DNA from: a virus
Lineage: Duplodnaviria > Caudoviricetes
Direction: 5' to 3' (one strand)
Length of the DNA: 54,283 nucleotides
Virus record (IMG/VR): IMGVR_UViG_3300045922_000602
Coordinates: 1 to 54,283 of that record
This document shows, in pieces, positions 18,501-28,938 of this stretch (within the stretch, counting starts at the first letter, position 1; the number at the start of each line of letters is the position of its first letter). A model generated the notes under the pieces. That model saw only the letters and a program-made list of their open reading frames with translations. It searched no databases and had not been told where the DNA came from. The translations under genes and the position numbers were made by a program.

Positions 18501-19025
18501 TTACGATGTGTGTAGTTCGGCGATTGTCATCTGATCTGCTGTCTCCTTCGGATACTTTGCGTAGCGCTCGACCAGCAGTCCGACGTTCAGACCCTCGATG
18601 TGGTAGTGCCGTCTGGGGTCGTCTACGTAGTCGATCCGGGAGAAGGGGTTTTCTGGCCGTATTTCGACGATTTCGCCATCTTTCAGTCCGAGTTTGCGCA
18701 GCCGTTCGAGCATGGCTTCGGCTTGCTCCCGTGTCGAGAGATGCGAGGGATTTACAGGCGTTCTTCGGCCTGTCATCGTGTCGATCCAGTGAGCATTAGT
18801 AGGCTTCTGCACCTTCGCCAGCCGCGCATTAAGGAATCCAGCCGGGTCCACTACGTTGCGGAGTTGGTCGGCAGTCAATTCGCCGGTCAGCATTTCCTCA
18901 GTCCACATGTCGTTGGTGATCTGCGGGCCGATTCGGGGATCGTATGGCGGGATTGTTACATAGCGCGTCTTGGTTGGCACTGGGGGCCGGAAGTATTGAG
19001 CAAATCTAGAAAACAGGGAAAACAT
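18501..19025 (-). CDS. Hypothetical protein
   Basis: AAGGAG RBS; lies within the operon. Confidence 0.7.
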   Translation of the reverse strand: MFSLFSRFAQYFRPPVPTKTRYVTIPPYDPRIGPQITNDMWTEEMLTGELTADQLRNVVDPAGFLNARLAKVQKPTNAHWIDTMTGRRTPVNPSHLSTREQAEAMLERLRKLGLKDGEIVEIRPENPFSRIDYVDDPRRHYHIEGLNVGLLVERYAKYPKETADQMTIAELHTS

Positions 19026-19037
19026 TATAGTCTCCTT

Positions 19038-20246
19038 TCAGAAGTTCCTTTCGTAGTACATTCCACCTATATCAATGGTTTTATCCACGGCTGTTAGTGT
19101 CCTTAAGTAGACTACGATAAGTTGTGGTTGATCGGCTGCTGGGAGGGTTGTGGTGTTCGTGCAGACTGTGTTGCCGTCAATACGGAATTGATATGCGCTC
19201 CCAGTCCATTCTACCTCGAACAGATGGAGGTTTGTGTCTGCCGTGACTCCAGAGTCGTTTATAGTGCATGAGGATGCATTGCATGTTAGACATTTATATG
19301 TTGTATCCGAGGCGCTAGTTGAGTACCTGAACCCGGCAACGTGCATACTAGATGGTGTGTCTTGTGACATTATATTAATGTTATTCGACAAACCAATCCA
19401 ACTACGAACAGCTGTAAGCGATCCAATTCGAGCATATATTCTGGATACCTCATCACGGCGGTATCGGCCTATCAAAACTGTTCTAATGCCAGCCTGATTA
19501 TTGGTGGTAGCCCCCGTAGCAAATCGTACGGTTGAGTGAGGGTTGCCAGACAATCCTAAAAAAGTTTGTGAACCAACCACCTCTATAGACATACCCAATG
19601 TTGTTATGTTAAATGGAGGCATGCCTACAAATAAGATTGAGAACATCCGTGGTAAAAATAATGACGGCATGGCTGCCTTGGGTTCCCATTGGGAGCCACC
19701 CCATGCTAGTACATCTCCAGGGGATGGGGTGGAGGGGGAGACCGTGCGGCCACGGATTCTTTCGACTACGGTTGAGTTAAGGTTGCCTGTTACGTCGCCT
19801 GCGGCGGTATGGCCGTGATTGCTAGCCGCGACATTGCTCAGGTTGGCTCCGAGCGCAGTTTCGATCGCTTTGACTTCGGCGGCGAGTTGGTTGTGATGGT
19901 GTGCTGCATGTACACCCTGTACTTCCGCACCAGCGCTGTGAGCCGCCGCCGCCGAGTCATCGAAACCTCGTCCTCCCGTGCAGACTGTGAGCGTGTTGCC
20001 GGAGATGGAGCAGACCTTGATGTACTCGTCGTCAATGGCGACAACGAGCGGCGCAGTGAACTCCGAACCGTCCGCAACGGGGATGGACGTATCCGATGCG
20101 GAGATGCCCGCTGTTAGGGTTGAGCTGGCAAGGTTTTTGGCGACGAGTAGGTCTTGATCGTTTGCTACTGCCGAGGGAAAAACGGGTGAGTTGGGGTTTT
20201 GGGCCAGAAGGACAGCGGGAAGAAGAATGGACCAAAGCCAGCGCAT
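19038..20246 (-). CDS. Tail-fibre/receptor-binding-like protein with signal peptide, paralogue 3
   Basis: Start MRWLWSILLPAVLLA-Q; RGFD..AAAH..GA.V domain, coiled coil, C-terminal lectin-like H.FEVEW...FRIDG region. Confidence 0.7.
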   Translation of the reverse strand: MRWLWSILLPAVLLAQNPNSPVFPSAVANDQDLLVAKNLASSTLTAGISASDTSIPVADGSEFTAPLVVAIDDEYIKVCSISGNTLTVCTGGRGFDDSAAAAHSAGAEVQGVHAAHHHNQLAAEVKAIETALGANLSNVAASNHGHTAAGDVTGNLNSTVVERIRGRTVSPSTPSPGDVLAWGGSQWEPKAAMPSLFLPRMFSILFVGMPPFNITTLGMSIEVVGSQTFLGLSGNPHSTVRFATGATTNNQAGIRTVLIGRYRRDEVSRIYARIGSLTAVRSWIGLSNNINIMSQDTPSSMHVAGFRYSTSASDTTYKCLTCNASSCTINDSGVTADTNLHLFEVEWTGSAYQFRIDGNTVCTNTTTLPAADQPQLIVVYLRTLTAVDKTIDIGGMYYERNF

Positions 20247-20253
20247 AGCGACG

Positions 20254-21462
20254 TTAGAAGTTCCTTTCGTAGTATATTCCACCTACATCAATGGTCTTGT
20301 CTACAGCTTGTAGAGTAGATATTTGGGCCGTGATACCTAGTGGTTGGTTGGCTGCTGGAAGGTTTGTGGTGTTTGTGCAGACCAAGTTGCCGTCAATGCG
20401 GAATTGATACGCGCTTCCGGTCCATTCTACCTCGAACAGGTGCAGGTTTGTGTCTGCCGTGACTCCAGAGTTTGTATTTGTGCATGAGCTCGCGTTGCAT
20501 GTTATACACCGAAATGTGGCGTCTGAAGAAGTCGTCGAATATCGGAATCCAGCAACATGCATATCAGATGGTGTGTCTGTTAATATTATACTCCCTGTGT
20601 CACTCGACAGAGCAATCCAACTACGGATGGCTGTAAGCGGTCCAATTCGAGCATATGCTCTGAATACCTCATCACGGCGGTATCGGCCTATCGAATAATT
20701 CGTTCTAACGCCAGCAATATTATTGGTGGTAGCCCCAGTGGCATATTGCACAGTTAAGTGAGGGTTGTCAGACAATCCTAAAGCAGTTTGTGTGCCATCC
20801 GATGCTAGAAACATACCCCGTGCTTGTAAGGAAGTTTCATTTGCCAGCGCGATTGAGAATATCCGTAACGAAAATAATGAAAGTGTGGCTGCTTTTGGTT
20901 CCCATTGAGAGCCGTTCCATGTTAGTGCGTCTCTGGAGGATGGGTCGGTAGAGGATACCACGCGGCCACGGATCTTTTCGACTACGGTTGAGTTCAAATT
21001 GCCTGTTACATCACCTGCAGCAGTGTGACTGTGGTTGCTAGCTGCGACATTGCCCAAGTTAGCTCCGAGCGCAGTTTCAATTGCTTTGACCTCGGCGGCG
21101 AGTTGGTTGTGATGGTGCGCCGCATGCACACCCTGTACTTCCGCACCAGCGCTGTGAGCAGCTGCTGTCGAGCCGTCGAAACCCCGTCCGCCCGTGCAGA
21201 CTGTGAGTGTGTTGCCGGAAATAGAACAGATCCTAATGTACTCGTCGTCAATGGCGACAACAAGTGGTGCAGTGAACTCCGAACCGTCTACAACGGGAAT
21301 GGACATATCTGACGCTGTGATAGCTGCCGTCAGGGTCGAGCTAGCGAGGTTCTTGGCAACGAGCAAGTCCTGGTCGTTTACCACCGCTGACGGGAAGACG
21401 GGTGAGTTGGGGTTCTGGGCTAGAAGGGCAGTTGGAAGGAGGATAAACCAAAGACGGCGCAT
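20254..21462 (-). CDS. Tail-fibre/receptor-binding-like protein with signal peptide, paralogue 2
   Basis: Start MRRLWFILLPTALLA-Q; near-identical N-half to its neighbours. Confidence 0.7.
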   Translation of the reverse strand: MRRLWFILLPTALLAQNPNSPVFPSAVVNDQDLLVAKNLASSTLTAAITASDMSIPVVDGSEFTAPLVVAIDDEYIRICSISGNTLTVCTGGRGFDGSTAAAHSAGAEVQGVHAAHHHNQLAAEVKAIETALGANLGNVAASNHSHTAAGDVTGNLNSTVVEKIRGRVVSSTDPSSRDALTWNGSQWEPKAATLSLFSLRIFSIALANETSLQARGMFLASDGTQTALGLSDNPHLTVQYATGATTNNIAGVRTNYSIGRYRRDEVFRAYARIGPLTAIRSWIALSSDTGSIILTDTPSDMHVAGFRYSTTSSDATFRCITCNASSCTNTNSGVTADTNLHLFEVEWTGSAYQFRIDGNLVCTNTTNLPAANQPLGITAQISTLQAVDKTIDVGGIYYERNF

Positions 21463-21469
21463 AGCGGCA

Positions 21470-22681
21470 TTAGAAGTTTCTTTCGTAGTACAGTCCGCCA
21501 ATATCAATAGTCTTATCCCCGGACGATAGTTTGAACACGCGGGTTATGATACCTAGTGGTTGGTTGGCTGCTGGAAGGTTTGTGGTGTTTGTGCAGACCA
21601 CATTACCGTCAATACGGAATTGATACGCACTCCCAGTCCATTCTACTTCAAATAGGTGTAGGTTCGTGTCTGCCGTGACCCCGGAGTTGTTTACGGTGCA
21701 TGAGGATGTATTGCATGTTACGCATCGATATGTTGTATCTGAGGCGTTAGTTGAGTATCGAAACCCAGCGACGTGCTTATCAGACGGTGTGTCTTGCTCT
21801 TGTATACTTGGGTCACTAACTAAAGCGATCCAATGACGAATGCTTGTTGTTGACCCAATCCGAATGTATGCCCGGAATACTTCATCGCGACGAAACCGAC
21901 CCAACGGATTTGTCCCAGGGCCAGCGCCAAGGGCGTGATTACTGGAAGTAGATGACCGTAGGAGCAAATGAGGATTGCTACCACTAGACAAGTCTACGGC
22001 AGACCGCGAACCAAAATCATACAGAGTCATACCTAATGTTTCTAGGTTGCTAGTTTCATTTGCCAGCGCGATTGAGTATATCCGTGGTGAAAATAATGAC
22101 GGCGTGGCTGCTTTGGGCTCCCATTGGGAGCCGCTCCATGTTGGTACGTCCCTGGGGGATGGAGCGGCAGAAGATACCACGCGGCCACGGATTCTTTCGA
22201 CTACGGTTGAGTTAAGGTTGCCTGTTACGTCGCCTGCGGCGGTGTGGCTGTGGCTGCTCGCTGCGACGTTTCCTAAGTTAGCCCCGAGGGCGGTTTCGAT
22301 TGCCTTGACTTCGGCGGCGAGTTGGTTGTGGTGGTGCGCTGCATATACGCCCCGCACTTCTGCGCCGGAGCTGTGAGCAGCTGCTGTCGAGCCGTCGAAA
22401 CCCCGTCCGCCCGTGCAGACTGTGAGCGTGTTGCCGGAGATGGAGCAGACCTTGATGTACTCGTTGCCAATGGCGACAACGAGCGGTGCAGTGAACTTCG
22501 AACCATCCGCTACTGGAATGGACGTGGCCGACGCGGAGATGTTTGCTGTCAAGGTTGAGCTGGCGCGGTTTTTGGCGACGAGCAAGTTCTGGTCGTTTGC
22601 TACTGCCGAGGGGAAGACGGGAGAGTTGGGGTTCTGCGCTAGAAGCGCAGCGGGGAGGAGAATGAACCAAAGGCGGCGCAT
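21470..22681 (-). CDS. Tail-fibre/receptor-binding-like protein with signal peptide, paralogue 1
   Basis: Start MRRLWFILLPAALLA-Q; same architecture, ends YYERNF. Confidence 0.7.
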   Translation of the reverse strand: MRRLWFILLPAALLAQNPNSPVFPSAVANDQNLLVAKNRASSTLTANISASATSIPVADGSKFTAPLVVAIGNEYIKVCSISGNTLTVCTGGRGFDGSTAAAHSSGAEVRGVYAAHHHNQLAAEVKAIETALGANLGNVAASSHSHTAAGDVTGNLNSTVVERIRGRVVSSAAPSPRDVPTWSGSQWEPKAATPSLFSPRIYSIALANETSNLETLGMTLYDFGSRSAVDLSSGSNPHLLLRSSTSSNHALGAGPGTNPLGRFRRDEVFRAYIRIGSTTSIRHWIALVSDPSIQEQDTPSDKHVAGFRYSTNASDTTYRCVTCNTSSCTVNNSGVTADTNLHLFEVEWTGSAYQFRIDGNVVCTNTTNLPAANQPLGIITRVFKLSSGDKTIDIGGLYYERNF

Positions 22682-22684
22682 GAC

Positions 22685-23059
22685 TCACACGTTGAGGGTA
22701 ATCTGCACAGTCAGGCGGAAGGTTTGGCTGCTGGTCTTCGTCCCCAGGTTTTGCACAAATCGGTTGAGCATTGTGCCTGCGGATGCGGCGTTGAATACCC
22801 CCCATTCTTGCCACTCGAAGTTCGCCTCCGACGCTCCAAAAGTGGACTGGAACGTCAAAACGTTCCCCGAGCGTGTGGGGTATCCAGCATCCATCCCCTT
22901 GCGGAACTTGTTAGTGCCCTGCAGATCCGTTTGCGAAGCACTGAAGGCGGCGGTTCCGTCGCCGACGCCGATGCGGGCGTTGGCGTTGTTGAATACAGTT
23001 ACCGATTCGCCGATTGTGTTGGCGGCGATGTGGTCACGGTAGGCGTTGGTCAGTCCCAT
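22685..23059 (-). CDS. Virion structural protein (tail/fibre-associated)
   Basis: IGVGDG...QTDL and F...EANF.W.EWG.FNA pattern typical of phage tail-associated proteins. Confidence 0.6.
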   Translation of the reverse strand: MGLTNAYRDHIAANTIGESVTVFNNANARIGVGDGTAAFSASQTDLQGTNKFRKGMDAGYPTRSGNVLTFQSTFGASEANFEWQEWGVFNAASAGTMLNRFVQNLGTKTSSQTFRLTVQITLNV

Positions 23060-23107
23060 AGGTTAGGTACCTCGACGATTTCTTCTCCTTTAATTACTTC
23101 AACAGGT

Positions 23108-23464
23108 TCACCCGTTGGGTCCCCTTCGTTGAATTTCTCCAAGAGAAAACTGATCTTGGCTTTTACCGTTTTCCTCTCCTGCGAAATGCACGGTGGGGCG
23201 GTAGTATTGTCGGATGGATTCATAGATGCTATTAACCTGTTCCCGTAGTTGTTTTACTTCTTCGGGTGCATTTTCGGGATCTTGGGACAGAAGTTGCTCG
23301 ATGTTTACGGCAAGCATCTGTTCCAAGTATGCACCGATGGTTTTGAATTGCGGCTCAATGATGACGGTGCCATCAGGGAGTTGACGGGGTGGTCGTGTAG
23401 TACGCCGCAGAACCTGCTGCAGCTTGTCGGCAACCAAGTCGGGGATTTCGATAGCTATTGTCAT
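23108..23464 (-). CDS. Hypothetical protein
   Basis: AAGGA RBS; lies within the operon. Confidence 0.65.
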   Translation of the reverse strand: MTIAIEIPDLVADKLQQVLRRTTRPPRQLPDGTVIIEPQFKTIGAYLEQMLAVNIEQLLSQDPENAPEEVKQLREQVNSIYESIRQYYRPTVHFAGEENGKSQDQFSLGEIQRRGPNG

Positions 23465-23476
23465 AGTTGTGATCCT

Positions 23477-25906
23477 TTACGAGTAGGAAACCAGCACACC
23501 ACGTCTGAACGAGAGTGTGCCGGTACTTGAATCGGGCTTCAGATAGTTGATGGTGACCGTTTGTCCTTGAAAACTTCCGTCCACTCTTATTCCCATATTG
23601 TTGAGTGTGAGCCATGAGGTACTTCCTCTATCTATATCAATCTGTAATATTCTGCTCAGATCAATAATCTCAACTGAGAAATGGACATTAGCAATATTAG
23701 ATAGGGCGCGGATGATGTGATTTGAACTCCCTTCAATAATGAGGTTCGCACTATATGGCGGTGTAATGGATAGGTAAGCATATGGTGGTGTGGAAGGAGA
23801 GCCCGCATCTGCATAATATCCGGTTCCATAAGGGGGTTTATTGGCGATCCAAGCCCTAGACCCCCCTCCGGTAACCACAAACGGTCCAGTGGCGGATGTT
23901 TGATTGATGTCAACTTGGCTACCAGCGGCGGAGAATACAATCCTTAAATTCCCGCTCGCATCAACTTGGAATGGTGCACTATTATAATCCGTACCTCCGA
24001 TGCGGAGGGTTCTGAACCAACCACCTTGATTGCCAAAAACGTCTGTGCCGATGAAACCTATGAGTTGGCCGCTCGGATTGTAGACGTGGATTCGAGCGGG
24101 CATCTGTGAGCCGAATGAGCTGTTGCCGACGTCGATGCCGGTGGTGACGAGGTGGCGGCTCGCAACGGTTCCCTGCACAATGAGGTCGCCATGGACTGTA
24201 TTGATCTTAAACCTGTTGCTCAGATCCCGTCCAAATTGCGGTTGCCCGGAATAGGTCGACGTCGTATTAAGATCGACCATCGTGAGATCAAGCAGGAATT
24301 GGCCTCCATAAAACACAGATGTGGTTGCATCCGGCACCGTATTCTCGCGCCCGTTTACGTCTACACTGAACGCACCCACAGTTAAGGTGATGGAGCTGCT
24401 GGTTCGCGGGTCAGAGAGTTCGAAGCTTACCGGTGATCGATTGGTCGATACGCGCGTACGCCATGTGAAGCCACCGTCCTCGCTCGTTTTGATGTTCACG
24501 CTGCCCCAACGTGGATCTGATGGAGGGGTGAATGCGGCATCCAAAACGAGGATTCGAGTCCCGTCTGCACGGTCGCGCCGTGATGTTTGTACGAAGAAGG
24601 AACTGACACCGGTTATGTTGACTTGACCCGGCGCGGGAAGGGACACAATGCGGTTGGGGGTTCCGTTCACGCCACCAGTGGTGACGAGTGTGTTGCGGCG
24701 CATGTTCCGGTCCATTGAGACGAACCAAAACGTGACGTTTTGGCTGCTCGTTGGTGGGAAGCGTTCCGTAGCCCATGTAATCGTGTTGGATTGCGCGCCA
24801 GTAATGGCAACTTCGTAGCGCTGCCCATCGAACCAGTCAGCAACGACGACGACGCCACCATAGCGAATGTCTGACGGGTTAGTCCAGTTGAATCGCAGAT
24901 TCAACACTCGCTGACCGTCGGCGTTTGTCGTATAGCCGAGCACCTCTACTGCGTTTGGGCCGAGTGTAACGAATTCGGCATATTCACGCCCGGTGGGTCC
25001 CGTCGTTCGAGCGACAGTTACCTGGATGCTAGGGCTGTTGGCGATGGGCAGAGTGGTTTCGTCACCGAAAATACTGACGGCGTAGATGGTAACGGTTGCC
25101 GGTGTGTCGGGAATGGGGTATTCGGCGCTAGTGAAGGATGTATCGCCCTCTTTTGTCTCCCCAAGGATGATGTCGTCACCGGGGCGAAGGCCCCTGACAA
25201 CGATGCGCACGGATTTGTAGCGCGGTACGGGCGGATTGGACCACGAAACGACGAAGCGAAATACCTGATCACCGGATTCGGAAAAGTATTGCTGGATCGA
25301 CGCGCTAAGGCCCAACACAGTATCTGCACGCGGAAGTGTTTGCAGATTCACGCGGGGGCCCAACGGGACGCCGCTGGCATCCTTCACGATGACACCATCC
25401 GGGTTGGCGCTGGCGGCTATGAACGTCCACGTTTCAGGTATAGAGGGGACCGATTCGAGACCGATTTGGATGGTCTCGCGATACCAACGGCCATCCTCGC
25501 TTTCGTGAAATTGCTCCGGAGGGGCAATGCCAGTAGCCGGTACGGTTTGCGTCGGGGTCTTGATCCAGAACTGCACGCCGCCCCAATTGGTCTCTGAGGG
25601 AGGGGCAAAGACAAAGTTGTCAATCAGCATCGTGCGGCGCTGATCATCCCAATACATCGTCTGCGCCCAGTTGCCCGGTGAGTATTCTTGCCCGGCCAAG
25701 TAGAAGTTGATTAGGGGTACCGTGTTTGGGCTTTTGGCATCAGGGCGTTGTGGTATGGCGGATCTGGTCGCGCGGCGCTGTTGACCGGAGGCATCAGCCA
25801 AAGACCCAATGGCATTCGCGGTCTCTTGGATGAAGGTGTTTAGCAGTGGCAGGTCGCTTTCCGTATTCGCGATCCGTGGAGCAAGTGGAATCTTTGGGCG
25901 GCTCAT
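23477..25906 (-). CDS. Tail protein with Ig/FN3-like repeats (host specificity)
   Basis: Repeated beta-rich modules (W.NP...RY..V...V.S.D); follows the nozzle gene. Confidence 0.65.
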   Translation of the reverse strand: MSRPKIPLAPRIANTESDLPLLNTFIQETANAIGSLADASGQQRRATRSAIPQRPDAKSPNTVPLINFYLAGQEYSPGNWAQTMYWDDQRRTMLIDNFVFAPPSETNWGGVQFWIKTPTQTVPATGIAPPEQFHESEDGRWYRETIQIGLESVPSIPETWTFIAASANPDGVIVKDASGVPLGPRVNLQTLPRADTVLGLSASIQQYFSESGDQVFRFVVSWSNPPVPRYKSVRIVVRGLRPGDDIILGETKEGDTSFTSAEYPIPDTPATVTIYAVSIFGDETTLPIANSPSIQVTVARTTGPTGREYAEFVTLGPNAVEVLGYTTNADGQRVLNLRFNWTNPSDIRYGGVVVVADWFDGQRYEVAITGAQSNTITWATERFPPTSSQNVTFWFVSMDRNMRRNTLVTTGGVNGTPNRIVSLPAPGQVNITGVSSFFVQTSRRDRADGTRILVLDAAFTPPSDPRWGSVNIKTSEDGGFTWRTRVSTNRSPVSFELSDPRTSSSITLTVGAFSVDVNGRENTVPDATTSVFYGGQFLLDLTMVDLNTTSTYSGQPQFGRDLSNRFKINTVHGDLIVQGTVASRHLVTTGIDVGNSSFGSQMPARIHVYNPSGQLIGFIGTDVFGNQGGWFRTLRIGGTDYNSAPFQVDASGNLRIVFSAAGSQVDINQTSATGPFVVTGGGSRAWIANKPPYGTGYYADAGSPSTPPYAYLSITPPYSANLIIEGSSNHIIRALSNIANVHFSVEIIDLSRILQIDIDRGSTSWLTLNNMGIRVDGSFQGQTVTINYLKPDSSTGTLSFRRGVLVSYS

Positions 25907-27864
25907 ACTCGATTGATTGGGACGACTTCAAAGCGGATTGCACGCAGTACGGGGGAGCCAGTGTTGGATACGATGCGATAGCGATAAAATTGATCCCGCA
26001 TTGTGCTAGCCGCCAGGAAGACCTTATAAGTACCCAATGGTCCTAATACCGGGATCTTGTTAGTTACGATCGGGTGGATTACACTGAAGCCATCTTTGAG
26101 GGAGGCTCCCTCAAGCGTGAACTGCAATGAAGGGTCATTCGTTGTGAATTCGACTTCGTTGAAGATTTTGCGAAGTGTAGAGTCGCCGAAGTCGAGCCAT
26201 GCACTCTCCAACGTAACTTGAATGGGGGAACCTATATCCGTTGTGGAGGAGGGATCGAAGGATATTAGTGAGCTGCCATGAGCTACCAGCAACTTGGGAT
26301 CACCCCCCGTAGTGATACCATAACCAATAGCATTTACATTGACATTGGTAGGCAGTTGCCACTCCAGCCATTTGTGATTGCGTAAGTCGAAGACGAGTTG
26401 GCGGTTATTGCCGAGGTTGATGATACACACATCGTATGGACCTCGGCCAAAGTAGGACACGGTGAACTGGTTCTTATTGGCTTCAGCGAGCTTTAATTCA
26501 TTGAAAATTGGCTTTCCAATCTCGGTGTAAGTGTTGAAGTTCGACAGCAGGACGCGGAGGTCGGGAGTGATCCAAATGTATCCAATTGGTTGACCTTGAA
26601 TGAATACAGGAGCGATGGCTTCCTGACTGAGGATGCCCGCGTCCTGAAACACGAGTTGTGGAGCTGTAAAGTTGGATGGGTTGTTGCCGAGAATGGCGTA
26701 GATACGCTGCCGTGTGCCGATATACAGCACACCGTTGTAGGAGATCAGCGCGCGGATGATGTCTCCGCCCGTGCTGATATCAATTGTGTTAGCAGGGGGC
26801 CATGCTGCCTCCCATGCTGAGGTGATGTTTCCACTGCCGGTTACGACTTCGTCGATGCTCTTCGAATAATGCAGCAGTGTGTCTTTGGCACCCCAAATGC
26901 GGCCATTGTGTTGAATGATTAGATTCAGCCCCGCTGGTGGTGGGAAGTTGAACAGAATCCCGTGTGGATTTCCCACTGTGTCGAATTCAATGACAACAGG
27001 TTTGGTTAAGAGTTCCTCATCAGGAGTGTTATCGGTATATACGAGGGTACCGGACTGACCTGGGTATACATAGCCCTTTTCCGGTGTCAGTTCCGCCAGT
27101 AGGTACATCGTGGTGGGGTCGTTGCCATCGGCGGTTGCGAGGAGCCATCGGCCAATATGATCACTCTGTGTACCGGCTGTGTCGAGTGGGGGGATGGGAG
27201 GAATCGTGACGTCTACCTTTTCGTTGTCAAGTGGCCCCGTCGAAGGGGAGAGCGGCGAAATGTGGGAAACCGTATTTGTCAGCGTTTCAACCACGGCAAC
27301 GGCGTAGGTTCGGCCAATCTGCAGCTTGATGTTACCAGCTCCGGAAGCTAATGGAGTGGGAGGGCTGTCGGGTTCTGGCAGGCCCCACACTACGGGGCCG
27401 ACTGTTGAATCACCTATCCAATGGTAGCCCTTAGGTGAATTGGGGTGCCCGTCTGTAACGAGTAATCTGCCACGGGAAACGGCCCAACGCATATATTTGC
27501 CAGATGCGCCGGTAAGTGTGGCTTGAATGGAACCATTCCCATCCAGCAAGACAACAGCGTTGGTGGCCGAAACAATCCAATACTGCTTCGCTTGTACTGG
27601 GTCGAGGTACTGCGTGATCGCACGGGCGGATACGCCGATATTTGCGAAGTTCACCCAGCCCCAACGGCGCTCTAATGTCCCGGTAACCGGAGGTAGTACG
27701 TTTACAAGTTTTGTGAACGCAGTTTGGGGCTGCGCCGGGGGTTGTGTGAATGTGTCGAGACCTGCATTGAAGAAGGCACCACGATAGTAATACTGATACC
27801 AGTCCGTGACACCAGGAGCGATCATCAGTTCGTTTCGATGAACTTCAGGTTCTGGTGTGGGCAT
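25903..27864 (-). CDS. Tail nozzle / packaged-DNA stabilisation protein
   Basis: 653-aa beta-propeller-like sequence (G.LERR.G, HNGRIW); position after the adaptor genes. Confidence 0.6.
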   Translation of the reverse strand: MPTPEPEVHRNELMIAPGVTDWYQYYYRGAFFNAGLDTFTQPPAQPQTAFTKLVNVLPPVTGTLERRWGWVNFANIGVSARAITQYLDPVQAKQYWIVSATNAVVLLDGNGSIQATLTGASGKYMRWAVSRGRLLVTDGHPNSPKGYHWIGDSTVGPVVWGLPEPDSPPTPLASGAGNIKLQIGRTYAVAVVETLTNTVSHISPLSPSTGPLDNEKVDVTIPPIPPLDTAGTQSDHIGRWLLATADGNDPTTMYLLAELTPEKGYVYPGQSGTLVYTDNTPDEELLTKPVVIEFDTVGNPHGILFNFPPPAGLNLIIQHNGRIWGAKDTLLHYSKSIDEVVTGSGNITSAWEAAWPPANTIDISTGGDIIRALISYNGVLYIGTRQRIYAILGNNPSNFTAPQLVFQDAGILSQEAIAPVFIQGQPIGYIWITPDLRVLLSNFNTYTEIGKPIFNELKLAEANKNQFTVSYFGRGPYDVCIINLGNNRQLVFDLRNHKWLEWQLPTNVNVNAIGYGITTGGDPKLLVAHGSSLISFDPSSTTDIGSPIQVTLESAWLDFGDSTLRKIFNEVEFTTNDPSLQFTLEGASLKDGFSVIHPIVTNKIPVLGPLGTYKVFLAASTMRDQFYRYRIVSNTGSPVLRAIRFEVVPINRV

Positions 27865-27867
27865 GGG

Positions 27868-28938
27868 TTATGCGATCAAAGTACCCGCAGGGTCTGGATG
27901 CACGAAACGTGGACCGGTTGGCATGAGATTCCAATCACGTATCAATGCCACACGACCTTCCATGTATTCGTGGTGAAACCGCTCCGCCTCGGTCTCGTAG
28001 TTCAACGAACGCGCCAGATACCACGCGGTTCCGGCTGCGATCACAGGCAGGAATGTATCAGGGAAGGGAATTACATCCGTCTTGTTGACAACATCCACCA
28101 ACGTACGGAAGTAACGGAAGCCGATCAGATAGCCGCCAAGGGGTGCAATAGTATCATTGATGGGTAGAGGTGAACCGGAAATTAGGCCAGTAGTGGGTTC
28201 AAGCCAATTGCTGCCAAATGGCACGGGGGAAGTGTTTTGCTTCGTGAGGGATTGCTCCGATAGGCCAGCATATGCGTTGAATCCGGTGTATGAGACATTT
28301 TCGTGGTTGCGCGTGATGGGAAGGACGAATGATGGATACACGCGAAGGAGTGTGTTCGCCGGTAAGACAAACTTGCGAATTGTGGATGGCAGGCTCTCAC
28401 CACCCTGACTGTCAACGTATGTGGCTGCAACGTAATAAGTGCGGTTCGGCAATGATCCACCAGATGAAGATTCGAGCGGCACGTAGCTCGGCTTCGGACG
28501 ATATGTGTTCTGGTTGTCCGGTGACGGGAAGATGCGCAGTAAACTGAGATTCTGCGGATCGAACAAGAATTGCTGCGGGCGGCCAGGGCGGTAAGTGGAA
28601 TCAGGAAGGCTGTGAGGACGGGACAACAGTGGTGCGGTCGCAGGGCCCAACTTCCGGACGTTCGAAAAGTCGTACACAGAGGTGGGGTCAATACGGTAAA
28701 TATCGGAGACAGCCAGTCCCGTGTTCACGGTGCCCGCAGGTGCCGGGCCCGATCCAATCCAGTAGTCTGTTACCCCAGGTTGTGTAAGGAAGAATTGATA
28801 GGGACTGCGCAGGAGTTTCCAGCGAGACCACTTGGCAAGATCCTGCAGCGTGCGGTTGATGTACGGAATGATGATAGCCGTTTGCGGCGTGGTCTGAATA
28901 CTGGAATAGACTTGATTGATTACGTCCTGCGCGGTCAT
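27868..28938 (-). CDS. Head-tail adaptor-like protein with inserted beta domain
   Basis: MTAQDV start, GRP..F...L.IFPSPD, and P.PD.F..VI..G.A C-terminus; paralogous to 28935..29570. Confidence 0.6.
   Translation of the reverse strand: MTAQDVINQVYSSIQTTPQTAIIIPYINRTLQDLAKWSRWKLLRSPYQFFLTQPGVTDYWIGSGPAPAGTVNTGLAVSDIYRIDPTSVYDFSNVRKLGPATAPLLSRPHSLPDSTYRPGRPQQFLFDPQNLSLLRIFPSPDNQNTYRPKPSYVPLESSSGGSLPNRTYYVAATYVDSQGGESLPSTIRKFVLPANTLLRVYPSFVLPITRNHENVSYTGFNAYAGLSEQSLTKQNTSPVPFGSNWLEPTTGLISGSPLPINDTIAPLGGYLIGFRYFRTLVDVVNKTDVIPFPDTFLPVIAAGTAWYLARSLNYETEAERFHHEYMEGRVALIRDWNLMPTGPRFVHPDPAGTLIA

Noticed and set aside
19038-22681. Diversity-generating retroelement acting on the fibre paralogues or the small-gene array
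   Set aside because: No reverse transcriptase or non-coding template repeat is visible, and the differences are not adenine-specific.
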